Below are positions 23,078 to 32,000 of a stretch of 32,000 nucleotides of DNA, one piece after another. How positions within the stretch are numbered: position 1 is the stretch's first letter; each line of letters opens with the position of its first letter. A model generated the notes under the pieces. That model ran no database searches. It saw only the letters and a list, made by a program, of their open reading frames with translations, and was not told where the DNA came from. Location of the stretch: contig NZ_LT906458.1 of the NCBI RefSeq assembly GCF_900187275.1, positions 1,080,001 through 1,112,000 of the forward strand, given 5' to 3'. A program made the position numbers and the translations under genes. This stretch comes from Pasteurella multocida (GTDB lineage Bacteria; Pseudomonadota; Gammaproteobacteria; Enterobacterales; Pasteurellaceae).

Positions 23078-23971
23078 TTATTGTTTTAATTTTGGATCAA
23101 GTGCATCACGTAAACCATCACCCATCAAGTTAAACGCCAAGACAAGAGAAAGAATGGCTAAACCGGGAATGGTCACTAACCAGTGCGCCGTTTGCATAAA
23201 GCCTCGTGATTCCGCTAACATCGTACCCAATTCTGGTGTAGGTGGCTGCGCACCAATCCCCAAGAAACCTAACGCCGCCAGTTCAAGAATCGCGTTAGAA
23301 ATCCCCATGGTCATTTGTACAATTAAAGGGGCTAAACAGTTCGGTAAAATGACAATAAACATCAAACGAAAAACACCGGCACCCGCCACGCGAGAAGCAA
23401 TTACATAATCACGATTTTTCTCACTTAACACCGACGCACGGGTTAAACGCACATAACTTGGAATCGACACCACAGCAATCGCAATCGCGGCATTGGTTAA
23501 TGAGGGACCTAAAATGGTGACAACCCCAATGGTTAATAATAAGCTTGGAATTGCCAACATAATATCCACAAATCGCATGATGATAATATCGACTGTTCCA
23601 CCATAATAGCCGGCGAGTAAGCCTAAAATAACACCGAAAAAGCAGGACAATAACACAATGGTTAAGCCAATAAAGACCGACAGACGCGCGCCATAAATAA
23701 TACGCGATAAAATATCCCTACCGATATCATCTGTACCTAATAAATAGCGACTATCGCCACCATCAAGCCAAGCTGGAGGTAACAATAAGGCACTCCGATC
23801 TTGTGCAATCGGATCAAAAGGGGCAATCACCCCAGCGAAAACACAAACCAAGAAAACAATTGCAATAAAAGTAAGTCCAATGACCGCACCATGATTTTGT
23901 TTAAAATAAAACCAGAATTCTTGTAACGGGGTTTTTGGGGCGGGTGAACTAACCGTAGTCGTACTTGACAT
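23078..23971 (-). CDS. dppC: Dipeptide ABC transporter permease DppC
   Basis: [26 protein letters not shown] and [25 protein letters not shown] permease motifs. Confidence 0.93.
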   Translation of the reverse strand: MSSTTTVSSPAPKTPLQEFWFYFKQNHGAVIGLTFIAIVFLVCVFAGVIAPFDPIAQDRSALLLPPAWLDGGDSRYLLGTDDIGRDILSRIIYGARLSVFIGLTIVLLSCFFGVILGLLAGYYGGTVDIIIMRFVDIMLAIPSLLLTIGVVTILGPSLTNAAIAIAVVSIPSYVRLTRASVLSEKNRDYVIASRVAGAGVFRLMFIVILPNCLAPLIVQMTMGISNAILELAALGFLGIGAQPPTPELGTMLAESRGFMQTAHWLVTIPGLAILSLVLAFNLMGDGLRDALDPKLKQ

Positions 23972-23993
23972 TTTTCACTCCAATCAAATCAAA

Positions 23994-24998
23994 TTAAGTA
24001 TGGCGAATACGTGGATTGACGATGCCATAAAATACATCAACTGTTAAATTGACAATAATAATTAAGGTGGCAATAATCAGCACCGAACCTTGTAAAACAG
24101 GATAATCACGCGAGTTAATCGCATCAATAATCCACTTACCGATCCCTGGCCATGAGAAAATATTCTCCGTTAATACCGCTCCGGATAACAGTTGTCCAAT
24201 AATCAAGCCAACCACGGTCACTACGGGAATCAACGCATTACGTAATGCGTGTACCACCACGATACGCGTGGTATTTAGCCCTTTCGCTTTTGCCGTCCGA
24301 ATATAATCTTCGCCTAACACTTCTAACATCGAGGAACGCGTCATACGTGTAATCACCGCGAGAGGAATCGTGCCAAGCACAATAGAGGGCAAAATGAGTG
24401 ATTTAATCGCAGCTAAGAAGGCCCCTGGTTCATCAGAATTCCAAGTATCAATCAGCATAAAACCGGTATCCGCTTCAATCCAATATTCAGCGGGTAAGCG
24501 TCCTGAAGCGGGTAAACCGAGCGGAGTGGAAAAATAAAGAATTAAAATCAATCCCCACCAGAAAATCGGCATCGAATACCCCGTCAGCGACAAAGATGTC
24601 ACCGTGTGTGAAATCCAAGACTCTTTTTTGACTGCCGCAATAACACCTAAAAATATCCCTAAAATTAAAGACCACAATAACGCAAAAAAAGCTAACTCAA
24701 CGGTTGCAGGGAAAAGAGTAAAAAACTCTTTTAAAACAGGTTCATTATTACGAAATGAGGTGCCTAAATCCCCCTGTAAGACCCCTTTAACATAGCTAAA
24801 GTATTGTTCCGGCAAAGGACGATCCAAGCCTAATTTTTGCATCATTTCGGCATGCACTTCTGGTGTTAAACCGCGTTCCCCCATACGAATTTCAATCGGA
24901 TCACCGGGGATCATATGCACTAAAGCAAAAGTAATTAAGGTTATTGCAATAAACGTTGGAATAACCATGAAAAGACGTTTAAGAATAAATTGAAACAT
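23994..24998 (-). CDS. dppB: Dipeptide ABC transporter permease DppB
   Basis: MFQFILKRLFMVIPTFIAITLITFALVHMIPGDPIE and YIRTAKAKGLNTTRIVVVHALRNALIPVVTVVGL. Confidence 0.93.
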   Translation of the reverse strand: MFQFILKRLFMVIPTFIAITLITFALVHMIPGDPIEIRMGERGLTPEVHAEMMQKLGLDRPLPEQYFSYVKGVLQGDLGTSFRNNEPVLKEFFTLFPATVELAFFALLWSLILGIFLGVIAAVKKESWISHTVTSLSLTGYSMPIFWWGLILILYFSTPLGLPASGRLPAEYWIEADTGFMLIDTWNSDEPGAFLAAIKSLILPSIVLGTIPLAVITRMTRSSMLEVLGEDYIRTAKAKGLNTTRIVVVHALRNALIPVVTVVGLIIGQLLSGAVLTENIFSWPGIGKWIIDAINSRDYPVLQGSVLIIATLIIIVNLTVDVFYGIVNPRIRHT

Positions 24999-25167
24999 TG
25001 AAGACTCGCTGTATTTATAATTGTGAATCTATAGCTTTGAATCCCTTATTCCTCTTCACAAAGGAAAAGCATAAGCGGTCAAAAAGATAGCAAATAAGAT
25101 CTAAAGTAGGATAGCACAAGCCTTTCTGCTCGTCCTATCCTATTCTTAAGAAATGCGAAAAAACTTG

Positions 25168-25176
25168 ACCGCACTT
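25168..25176 (-). other. Uptake signal sequence core between dppA and dppB
   Basis: Exact 9-nt core ACCGCACTT. Confidence 0.8.
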
Positions 25177-25185
25177 AAGGCGACA

Positions 25186-26784
25186 TTACTTCTCTAACTC
25201 AACCGCATAGAAGTTATGTAAACCAAATGGATCGATGACATAGCCTTTAACTTCTTTACGCACTGGGAAATAGGTTGTGGAGTGTGCAATCGTAATCCAA
25301 GGTGCTTGTTCTTTGAAGACCAACTGAGCTTGTTGATAAAGTGCAGTACGCTCTGCTGGATCAGTGACTTGGGCAGCTTTTGTCACTAAATCGTTAAATT
25401 CTTTGTGACAGAAATTCGCATAGTTAGACCCTGACTCAACAGCCGCACAACTTAATAAGGTATTCAAGAAGTTATCTGGATCACCATTGTCACCCGTCCA
25501 CCCCATCATACCAGTTTGGTGATCGCCGGCACGCATACGTTTGAGGTATTCTCCCCATTCATAGCTCACAATTTTTGCTTTCACACCGACTTTTTCCCAG
25601 TCAGCTTGCACCAATTCCGCCATACGACGGGCATTTGGGTTATAGGGACGTGAAACAGGCATTGCCCATAAATCCGTTTCAAAGCCATTTTCAAACCCGG
25701 CTTCTTTTAATAAGGCTTTAGCTTTTTCTGGATCATAGGCGTAATCTTTCACTTCATCATTATATGACCACATTGTTGGTGGAATTGGGTTTTTCGCTAC
25801 TTGACCCGCACCTTGATACACTGATTCAATGATCGCGTCTTTGTTGACTGCATAGTTCAATGCTTGGCGCACTTTCACATTATCAAACGGGGCTTTTTGT
25901 ACATTAAAGTTTAAATAACCCACATTTAATCCCGGTTTAGTTAACAAAGTGATATTGCTATCTGCTTTTAATTTAGCAATATCCGCTGGATTTGGATAAG
26001 GCGCTGCATGGCATTCACCCTTTTGTAATTTGGCATAACGCACTGAAGCATCTGGCGTGATCGAAAACACTAAGCGATCAATTTTTGCTTTGCCTTGCCA
26101 ATAGTTTTCAAAGGCTTTATAGCGTACAGCAGAGTCTTTTTGGTAAGAAACAAATTCAAATGGTCCCGTACCAATTGGTGCACTATCCAATTTTTCTGGT
26201 GTTTTGGCTTTTGCCATGGCATCGGCATACTGTGCTGAATAAATCGAAGCAAAATCCATCGCTAAGTTCGCTAAAAATGGCGCATTTGGCACTTTTAAGC
26301 TGATTTTGACGGTATAGTCATCGACTTTTTCAACCTTATCAATGATATTTTGCATATCCATACCGATAAAATATTCATAGCTACCACCTGACACTTTGTG
26401 ATAAGGATGATTTGGGTCTAATTGACGATTGAAAGAGAACACCACATCATCGGCATTAAAATCACGTGTTGGTTTAAAATCTTTATTGCTATGGAATTTC
26501 ACGCCTTTACGTAAATGGAAGACATAGGTTTTCCCATCTTCAGATACATCCCATTTTTCAGCTAAGGCAGGAATGACATTCGTGGTACCACGTTCAAACG
26601 TAGTTAGCCCATTAAACATTGCTTGACCTGAGGCATCAATAGTTGCCCCATCGGTGCCTAACACAGGGCTTAAATAAGACGGGGAGGCTTCCGAACAATA
26701 CACAAAGGTTTTCGGTGCAGCCGCAAACGCAGCTGTGGACGTCATCGCTAAAACGGCAAGAGAGAGTTTTGTTAATTTTTTCAT
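25186..26784 (-). CDS. dppA: Periplasmic dipeptide-binding protein DppA
   Basis: Signal peptide without a lipobox, GTTNVIPALAEKWDVSEDGKTYVFHLRKGVKFH, YHKVSGGSYEYF, SRPYNPNARRMAELVQADW, GWTGDNGDPDNFL; closely follows E. coli DppA. Confidence 0.92.
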   Translation of the reverse strand: MKKLTKLSLAVLAMTSTAAFAAAPKTFVYCSEASPSYLSPVLGTDGATIDASGQAMFNGLTTFERGTTNVIPALAEKWDVSEDGKTYVFHLRKGVKFHSNKDFKPTRDFNADDVVFSFNRQLDPNHPYHKVSGGSYEYFIGMDMQNIIDKVEKVDDYTVKISLKVPNAPFLANLAMDFASIYSAQYADAMAKAKTPEKLDSAPIGTGPFEFVSYQKDSAVRYKAFENYWQGKAKIDRLVFSITPDASVRYAKLQKGECHAAPYPNPADIAKLKADSNITLLTKPGLNVGYLNFNVQKAPFDNVKVRQALNYAVNKDAIIESVYQGAGQVAKNPIPPTMWSYNDEVKDYAYDPEKAKALLKEAGFENGFETDLWAMPVSRPYNPNARRMAELVQADWEKVGVKAKIVSYEWGEYLKRMRAGDHQTGMMGWTGDNGDPDNFLNTLLSCAAVESGSNYANFCHKEFNDLVTKAAQVTDPAERTALYQQAQLVFKEQAPWITIAHSTTYFPVRKEVKGYVIDPFGLHNFYAVELEK

Positions 26785-27126
26785 TTTTCACTCCGGGATG
26801 TTGTTAGTTGAGTGCAAAACATGCACCTTTTGTTTGCATAAGCACCTATGAATATGTCAAGTTTTAAATAAAATAGCAATCCTTTATGTGAATAAAATGT
26901 AAAATAAATCACCAAATTGTTAAATTATTCTAAAAAAATAGCCATATTTTTGGATAAAACTGCGTATTTATCACTAAATATGGCACATAACTTCGCGATG
27001 ATTTTCTACTCTCTGCTTTGAGTACAGGATGATTCTCTCTTTTTCGCAAATTTCACAGCATACTATACGAAATCATCCGTTTTTTTGTGTTGTATCTGCT
27101 TTTTTACTATTGACGAGTTCAGTTGG

Positions 27127-28017
<891 letters not shown>

Positions 28018-28041
28018 TTACCTCATATACAAAACTGATTT

Positions 28042-28086
28042 AGATGTCTATATGGCTAAAGTAATGAGAAACGGTATATGTGTCAA
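28042..28086 (-). promoter_or_regulatory. Candidate metF promoter with overlapping MetJ (met box) site
   Basis: Minus-strand TTGACA (28086-28081), 17-nt spacer, TACTTT (28063-28058), followed by AGCCATAT AGACATCT (28057-28042), where the second 8-mer matches consensus AGACGTCT at 7/8. Confidence 0.45.
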
Positions 28087-28216
28087 TTTCAAAAATTTCA
28101 TTACAAAAATGAATTCAATTCATAATCAAAATAACCATGCGATTTGTAGTTAGCCTATGAATTCGCTATACTGCCGAGTTATGATCGCCAAGTTCACTGA
28201 CTCACATGGGAAGAAT

Positions 28217-30343
28217 ATGAAGAGAAAAGCTAAAATCACACTGATTTTATCCAGTATTACACTTATCTTAGCGAGCGCTGCACAATTTTATACCAATCAT
28301 AAAATTGACCGCAGTTTACAAAGTTTCCCCTATCATCTAAAAGATCAGCTTACTTTACATGTAACTGAAAAAAGTCGCAGTTTCTTTCAGCGCGAATTAC
28401 TCTTTACTCTTGAAGACGCCCAACAACAAAAAAACGATATTATTTCCACTCAGTTGACCGCACTTCCTTTTACGATTATTGCAGAATCCCAACTCCCCGA
28501 TCCGTTGATTCGTGAGCTCAATAAAAAACTGAATATCACTATCGATAAAAATAGCATTAATAGTAAATTTTCTGTGGTCGGAGATTATTTACAATCGGAT
28601 ATTTCCACCCAATTTAGGGATCTCGCCAATAAGCCACAAGATTTACAAATCAATATTAATTTTGCGACCAAGAGCAAATTCATGGAAATCCAAAGCCAGC
28701 TGTCTGGCTTTAACTACGATGCCAAAACTAAAATCGAAGGATTACGTAGCCAATCCGTGCTGATTCCAGTTGGTGATCACCATTACGATTTAGCCGAATT
28801 AGATCTAGAAATTAAACATGCCGATATTTATTTATTAAATGGCGAAAACACACATATCAAATTAGAGAAAGCGCGCTATAACTTAAATAAGGCGATTGAT
28901 GAATCGTTTTATGACTTAGCCACACGTTTTAAAAGTGAAGTCATAAAAATTTCGAATAAAAACAAAACGACAGAAAAAGATGCGCTAGACATACTAGGCT
29001 TAGACATAAGTAACAAGCAAAGCAAAGTACCTAATCAAGTAAGTTTCTATAAAACCTTTGAAAATTTAGTCGAAGAAAATAAAGCTTTACCAGATGCGTT
29101 GTATTTACTCACGGAGCTCTTCTTTAGTAATGAGGCGAACGAAACTAAAATCAACATCAAAGCTTTATCTTTCCCCAATAATGCCAGTCTGAACCAATTT
29201 TTTAACGCTAATGATATCAACCTGGCTTTCGCTTCTGACAACAAAGACAAACAAAATATCAACACACAATTTGAAGTTAACATTGGACAAATCGCGCTCG
29301 ACGGTGCACCTAAAGACCAGTTTAGTATGAAAGGGCTCGCCTTATCACAAAAAACCAGTCAAATGAATTTGACAGAACAGCTCAATTTACTGCATTTTTA
29401 TACGGATCTCTTAAACGATCTCTCAACCCGTGTTCCTTTCCCAGAAAAAGATCAGCCCGACTTCGTGGCTAAACTTAAGCAAAGAGCACAACCCTTTAAG
29501 GAACAACGTGAATTTCGTTTACAAGTTGAGGCACTGAATTACGCGAATCCAACATTTAATGTCGATGTAGCATTAGAACATCTGGATCTCAATCATCAGG
29601 AAAATCAACAGGCAAATTATGGTTACCATTCAGCACTCACCATCAAAAAACTGATCCATAAACCGCTTGCTTTACAAATTAATGACTTTACCTACCAGAT
29701 TCCATTGCATTTAAATAAACGGGTCAACCCTTCTCCATTTGACATATGCTATAACCAAACTTACCGACTCTTGTGTCCAATGTATCTTTCTAAAAAAACC
29801 TACCAAACATGGCAGGAAAGTTTTGCGAAAGAAACTAATCCAAGTATCACTGATGCGGAATTCCGTTTTGCTTTAGATACCTTCCCTAGCACACAAGCTT
29901 ATCCGGTTAGTGTCAAACTAGCATTTGACTTCAATCCGGAGAAAACTAAAGCGTTTTCTTTCGACACCTTAGAAACTATCATGCATTGGGAAAACATGAA
30001 TATTGATCTCCAATTAGCGTTAGCGAAAGGTCTAGTGAATAATGAAAAACACGCCTCTTTACCACAAAAACAAGAAGTTTGGCAGACACTATCGCAATGG
30101 GTTAAACCACAAGATCAATTAGCCCCTTACTTTCTTGAAAATGAAGAAAACTATCTACTTCATTATGTGCAAAAAAATGGAAAAAGAACCATTAATGCTC
30201 AGCCTTTTGAAGAGGTCATGGCAAAATTAGATCAACAACATGAGGTGCAAGCTGACGAAAGTCAATCTCAGGGAGAACAACCTGAAATTCCAGCCTTGAA
30301 TGATTCTCCCCCTGATGCACGAGATGAGGCGAAAGCCCCATAA
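28217..30343 (+). CDS. DUF945/YdgA-like envelope protein
   Basis: Single N-terminal membrane segment (ITLILSSITLILASAAQFYTNHKIDRSL) followed by a long extracytoplasmic-type region, the general layout of YdgA/DUF945 proteins. Likely start MKRKAK at 28217. Confidence 0.55.
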   Translation: MKRKAKITLILSSITLILASAAQFYTNHKIDRSLQSFPYHLKDQLTLHVTEKSRSFFQRELLFTLEDAQQQKNDIISTQLTALPFTIIAESQLPDPLIRELNKKLNITIDKNSINSKFSVVGDYLQSDISTQFRDLANKPQDLQININFATKSKFMEIQSQLSGFNYDAKTKIEGLRSQSVLIPVGDHHYDLAELDLEIKHADIYLLNGENTHIKLEKARYNLNKAIDESFYDLATRFKSEVIKISNKNKTTEKDALDILGLDISNKQSKVPNQVSFYKTFENLVEENKALPDALYLLTELFFSNEANETKINIKALSFPNNASLNQFFNANDINLAFASDNKDKQNINTQFEVNIGQIALDGAPKDQFSMKGLALSQKTSQMNLTEQLNLLHFYTDLLNDLSTRVPFPEKDQPDFVAKLKQRAQPFKEQREFRLQVEALNYANPTFNVDVALEHLDLNHQENQQANYGYHSALTIKKLIHKPLALQINDFTYQIPLHLNKRVNPSPFDICYNQTYRLLCPMYLSKKTYQTWQESFAKETNPSITDAEFRFALDTFPSTQAYPVSVKLAFDFNPEKTKAFSFDTLETIMHWENMNIDLQLALAKGLVNNEKHASLPQKQEVWQTLSQWVKPQDQLAPYFLENEENYLLHYVQKNGKRTINAQPFEEVMAKLDQQHEVQADESQSQGEQPEIPALNDSPPDARDEAKAP

Positions 30344-30351
30344 TACAGCGC

Positions 30352-30393
30352 AAAGTGCGGTCGAGAAAATGTAAAAAAACGACCGCACTTTTT
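30352..30393 (+). terminator. Terminator built from two inverted uptake signal sequences
   Basis: 12-bp stem AAAGTGCGGTCG (30352-30363) / CGACCGCACTTT (30380-30391), followed by further T residues. Confidence 0.85.
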
Positions 30394-30503
30394 ACTTCAG
30401 CCCCTTTTTCCTTTACAAAATCACAAATCCCCCTACAATATTCCCCTTTGAATTGCTCACCTTAAGTGAGTAACTGACTTGTAATCAGACTAACGGATAA
30501 TTT

Positions 30504-31874
30504 ATGACAACTTTCACTCCAGAACTGCTCTCTCCAGCCGGTTCACTCAAAAACATGCGCTATGCCTTTGCTTATGGTGCTGATGCGGTGTATGCCGGAC
30601 AACCACGTTATAGCTTGCGTGTACGCAACAATGAATTTAATCATGCTAATTTAAAAATCGGGATTGATGAAGCCCACGCCTTAGGCAAAAAATTCTATGT
30701 CGTGGTCAATATTGCGCCACATAACTCCAAGCTGAAAACCTTTATTCGCGATTTAGAGCCAGTCATTGCCATGGGGCCAGATGCGTTAATTATGTCCGAT
30801 CCAGGCTTAATTATGTTAGTGCGTGAACATTTCCCAGATATGGCGATTCACCTTTCGGTACAAGCCAATGCGGTCAACTGGGCTTCGGTAAAATTCTGGA
30901 AACAAATGGGCTTAACCCGCGTGATCTTATCCCGTGAGCTTTCGCTTGATGAAATTGCCGAAATTCGTCAGCAAGTGCCAGAAATGGAAATTGAAGTGTT
31001 CGTGCATGGGGCATTATGCATGGCGTATTCTGGACGTTGTTTATTATCAGGCTATATTAATAAACGTGATCCAAATCAAGGCACCTGTACCAATGCGTGC
31101 CGTTGGGAATACAGTGTAACCGAAGCCAAAGAAGATGAGATCGGCAACATTGTGAATGTGGGTGAAGAAATTCCAGTGAAAAATGTAGCACCGACACTTG
31201 GCGAAGGCGACACCACCAGTAAAGTATTTTTATTAGCAGAAAGTCAACGCCCTGAAGAACAAATGTCTGCCTTTGAAGATGAGCATGGTACTTACATCAT
31301 GAACTCGAAAGATCTACGAGCGGTACAACATGTGGAAAAACTCACCGCTCTTGGCGTACATTCGTTAAAAATCGAAGGGCGTACCAAATCCTTCTATTAT
31401 TGTGCGAGAACCGCACAAGTTTACCGTAAAGCAATTGATGATGCGGTAGCAGGCAAACCGTTTGATGAAAGTTTGATGGATACCTTAGAATCTCTTGCAC
31501 ACCGTGGTTATACCGAAGGGTTCTTACGTCGTCATACTCACGATGAATACCAAAACTACGATTACGGCTACTCTATTTCTGAACGTCAACAATTTGTCGG
31601 TGAATTCACGGGTAAACGTAATGAGCAAGGCATGGCAGAAGTGGCAGTCAAAAATAAATTCTTACTCGGTGATGAAGTGGAAATGATGACCCCGAAAGGG
31701 AACATTGTGTTCAAGATTGAACGGATGCTCAACCGTAAAAATGAAAATGTGGAAGCCGGTTTAGGCGATGGACATTTTGTATTTTTAGACGTGCCAGAAG
31801 ATGTCCAATTAGACTACGCGCTACTAATGCGTAATTTGGTGAATACTAACACACGTCAACCACACAAAGTTTAG
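30504..31874 (+). CDS. trhP: U32 family peptidase-like tRNA 5-hydroxyuridine modification protein (YegQ/TrhP)
   Basis: ELLSPAGSLKNMRYAFAYGADAVYAGQPRYSLRVRNNEF, SVQANAVNW, FVHGALCMAYSGRCLLSGYINKRDPNQGTCTNACRW. Confidence 0.95.
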   Translation: MTTFTPELLSPAGSLKNMRYAFAYGADAVYAGQPRYSLRVRNNEFNHANLKIGIDEAHALGKKFYVVVNIAPHNSKLKTFIRDLEPVIAMGPDALIMSDPGLIMLVREHFPDMAIHLSVQANAVNWASVKFWKQMGLTRVILSRELSLDEIAEIRQQVPEMEIEVFVHGALCMAYSGRCLLSGYINKRDPNQGTCTNACRWEYSVTEAKEDEIGNIVNVGEEIPVKNVAPTLGEGDTTSKVFLLAESQRPEEQMSAFEDEHGTYIMNSKDLRAVQHVEKLTALGVHSLKIEGRTKSFYYCARTAQVYRKAIDDAVAGKPFDESLMDTLESLAHRGYTEGFLRRHTHDEYQNYDYGYSISERQQFVGEFTGKRNEQGMAEVAVKNKFLLGDEVEMMTPKGNIVFKIERMLNRKNENVEAGLGDGHFVFLDVPEDVQLDYALLMRNLVNTNTRQPHKV

Positions 31875-31888
31875 TCTTTTCTACATAG

Positions 31889-31959
31889 TCTCAAACAGGA
31901 TCTGTATCCCAGCGAATTTAGAGCGTAGCATATTGCCGGAATACAGATCCCTGTTGAGA
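31889..31959. repeat. Long imperfect palindrome downstream of trhP
   Basis: Left arm TCTCAAACAGGATCTGTATCCC (31889-31910) matches the reverse complement of the right arm (TCTCAACAGGGATCTGTATTCC, from 31938-31959) apart from a few bulged or slipped bases; 27-nt centre. Confidence 0.75.
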
Positions 31960-32000
31960 ACGTAATCAAAGCAACAGTATATTTATTATACGACATATTA

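Noticed and set aside
26070-26303. Small ORFs overlapping dppA
   Set aside because: They lie wholly inside the conserved dppA coding sequence in other frames.
26785-26900. GcvB small-RNA target site in the dppA leader
   Set aside because: I looked for complementarity to the GU-rich/AACACAACAU-type seed in the leader near the start codon and did not find a convincing match by eye.

Overview
This 32 kb window looks like ordinary chromosome from a Pasteurellaceae species. The evidence is many close orthologues of gammaproteobacterial housekeeping genes and repeated copies of the 9-nt Haemophilus/Pasteurella-type uptake signal core AAGTGCGGT. Gene content in order: cdd; serS, rarA, lolA, ftsK, lrp (minus strand, E. 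coli-like order); a small Cys-tailed ORF; radA and a ygiF-like CYTH protein (minus); a DUF47 protein and a PiT phosphate transporter; a ygiM-like SH3 gene split by an apparent 1-nt deletion; cca, lolB, ispE, prs; a mepM-like M23 peptidase (minus); znuC and znuB; dppA and dppBCDF (minus); metF (minus); a long DUF945/YdgA-like protein; and trhP/yegQ. I found no CRISPR array, rRNA, tRNA, prophage, transposase or obvious defence/accessory system. The most useful second-look items are the ygiM-like frameshift, the uncharacterised Cys-tailed ORF divergent from lrp, the long imperfect palindrome after trhP, the uptake-signal-related terminators (one with paired changes in both arms), the 728-aa DUF945-like protein, and an 8-G tract inside rarA. 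No clearly novel multi-gene system is visible. All identifications come from recalled family similarity, not from database searches.
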